DNA of 6,428 nucleotides from Octopus sinensis (lineage: Eukaryota), in NCBI RefSeq assembly GCF_006345805.1, contig NW_021829317.1, positions 1-6,428 on the forward strand, read 5' to 3'. This document shows positions 5,615-6,428 of the stretch, one piece after another; positions within the stretch are counted from its first letter, which is position 1, and every line of letters begins with the position of its first letter. The notes beneath the pieces are model-generated. The model searched no databases. It was not told the origin of the DNA and saw only the letters and a program-made list of their open reading frames with translations. A program made the position numbers and the translations under genes.

Positions 5615-6428
5615 GGGCAGCGCGGCAGCGGGCGGCAGCGCCGGAAGCGGCGGAAGCGGCGGCAGCGGCGGCAGCGGAGGCGGCGGCGCAGCGGCGGCAC
5701 GGGGCAGCGGCGGCAGCGGCGGTAGCGGCGGTAGCGGCGGTAGCGGCGGTAGCGGCGGTAGCGGCAGTAGCGGCGCCAGCGGCGGCAGCGGAGGCGGAGG
5801 CGGCGGCAGCGGCGGAAGCGGCGGCAGCGGCGGCAGCGGCGTCAGCGGCGGCAGCGGCGTTAGCGGCGGCAGCGGCGTTAGCGGCGGCAGCGGCGGTAGC
5901 GGCGGCAGCGGCGGCAGCGGCGGCAGCGGCGGCAGCGGCGACAGCGGCGACAGCGGCGGCAGCGCGGCAGCGGCGGCAGCGGCGTCAGCGGCGGCAGCGG
6001 CGGCAGCGGCGGCAGCGGCGTCAGCGGAGTCAGCGACGGCAGCGGCGGCAGCGGCGGCAGCGGCGTCAGCGGCGGCAGCGGCTTTAGCGGCGGCAGCGGC
6101 GTTAGCGGCGGCAGCGGCGTTAGCGGCGGCAGCGGCGGTAGCGGCGGCAGCGGCGGCAGCGGCGGCAGCGGCGGCAGCGGCGACAGCGGCGACAGCGGCG
6201 GCAGCGGCGGCAGCGGCGCAGCGGCGGCAGCGGCGGCAGCGGCGGCAGCGGCGGCAGGCGCGGGCAGCGCGGCAGCGGCGGCAGAGGCCGCAGCGGCGGC
6301 GCGGCGTCAGCGGAGTCAGCGACGGCAGCGGCGGCAGCGGCGTAGCGGCGGCAGCGGCTGCAGCGGCGGCAGCGGCGGCAGCGGCGGAAGCGGCGGCAGC
6401 GGCGGCAGCGGCGGCAGCGGCGGCAGCG
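5615..6428. repeat. GC-rich 9-bp minisatellite (GCGGCGGCA)n with variant units, running off the window end
   Basis: About 90 units. Variants include GCGGCGGTA, GCGGCGTTA, GCGGCGTCA, GCGGCGACA, GCGGCGGAA and GCGGAGTCA, plus occasional 8-nt units. Confidence 0.97.

Noticed and set aside
5551-6087. 178-aa poly-Ala/Arg-Gln ORF
   Set aside because: It is a product of the 9-mer repeat and starts inside a SINE tail. It switches register at 1-nt indels, and the unit variants fit other frames better.

Overview
AT-rich, microsatellite-dense eukaryotic DNA with no recognisable complete gene. The tRNA-derived SINEs and (TA)/(TG)/(TACA) runs look like an octopus/cephalopod genome; this is recalled similarity, not a database result. 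Most listed ORFs are microsatellite or low-complexity artefacts. Content: (1) five SINE copies from three families, plus a possible SINE 3' remnant at 340-570. (2) A ~285-bp near-perfect palindrome (1262-1546) with a minimal type I hammerhead ribozyme motif in each arm, one per strand. (3) A separate ~200-bp unit between microsatellites (1758-1953) with a third, different minimal hammerhead. (4) A ~910-bp element with ~130-bp terminal direct repeats (3630-4537). (5) An 810+ bp GC-rich 9-mer minisatellite with higher-order structure that could encode (Gly-Gly-Ser)n or (Leu-Pro-Pro)n. Splice-like signals on the minus strand suggest the window may be intronic. The strongest lead is a cluster of non-coding, hammerhead-bearing Penelope-like/retrozyme-like elements whose 3' ends abut (TA)n.
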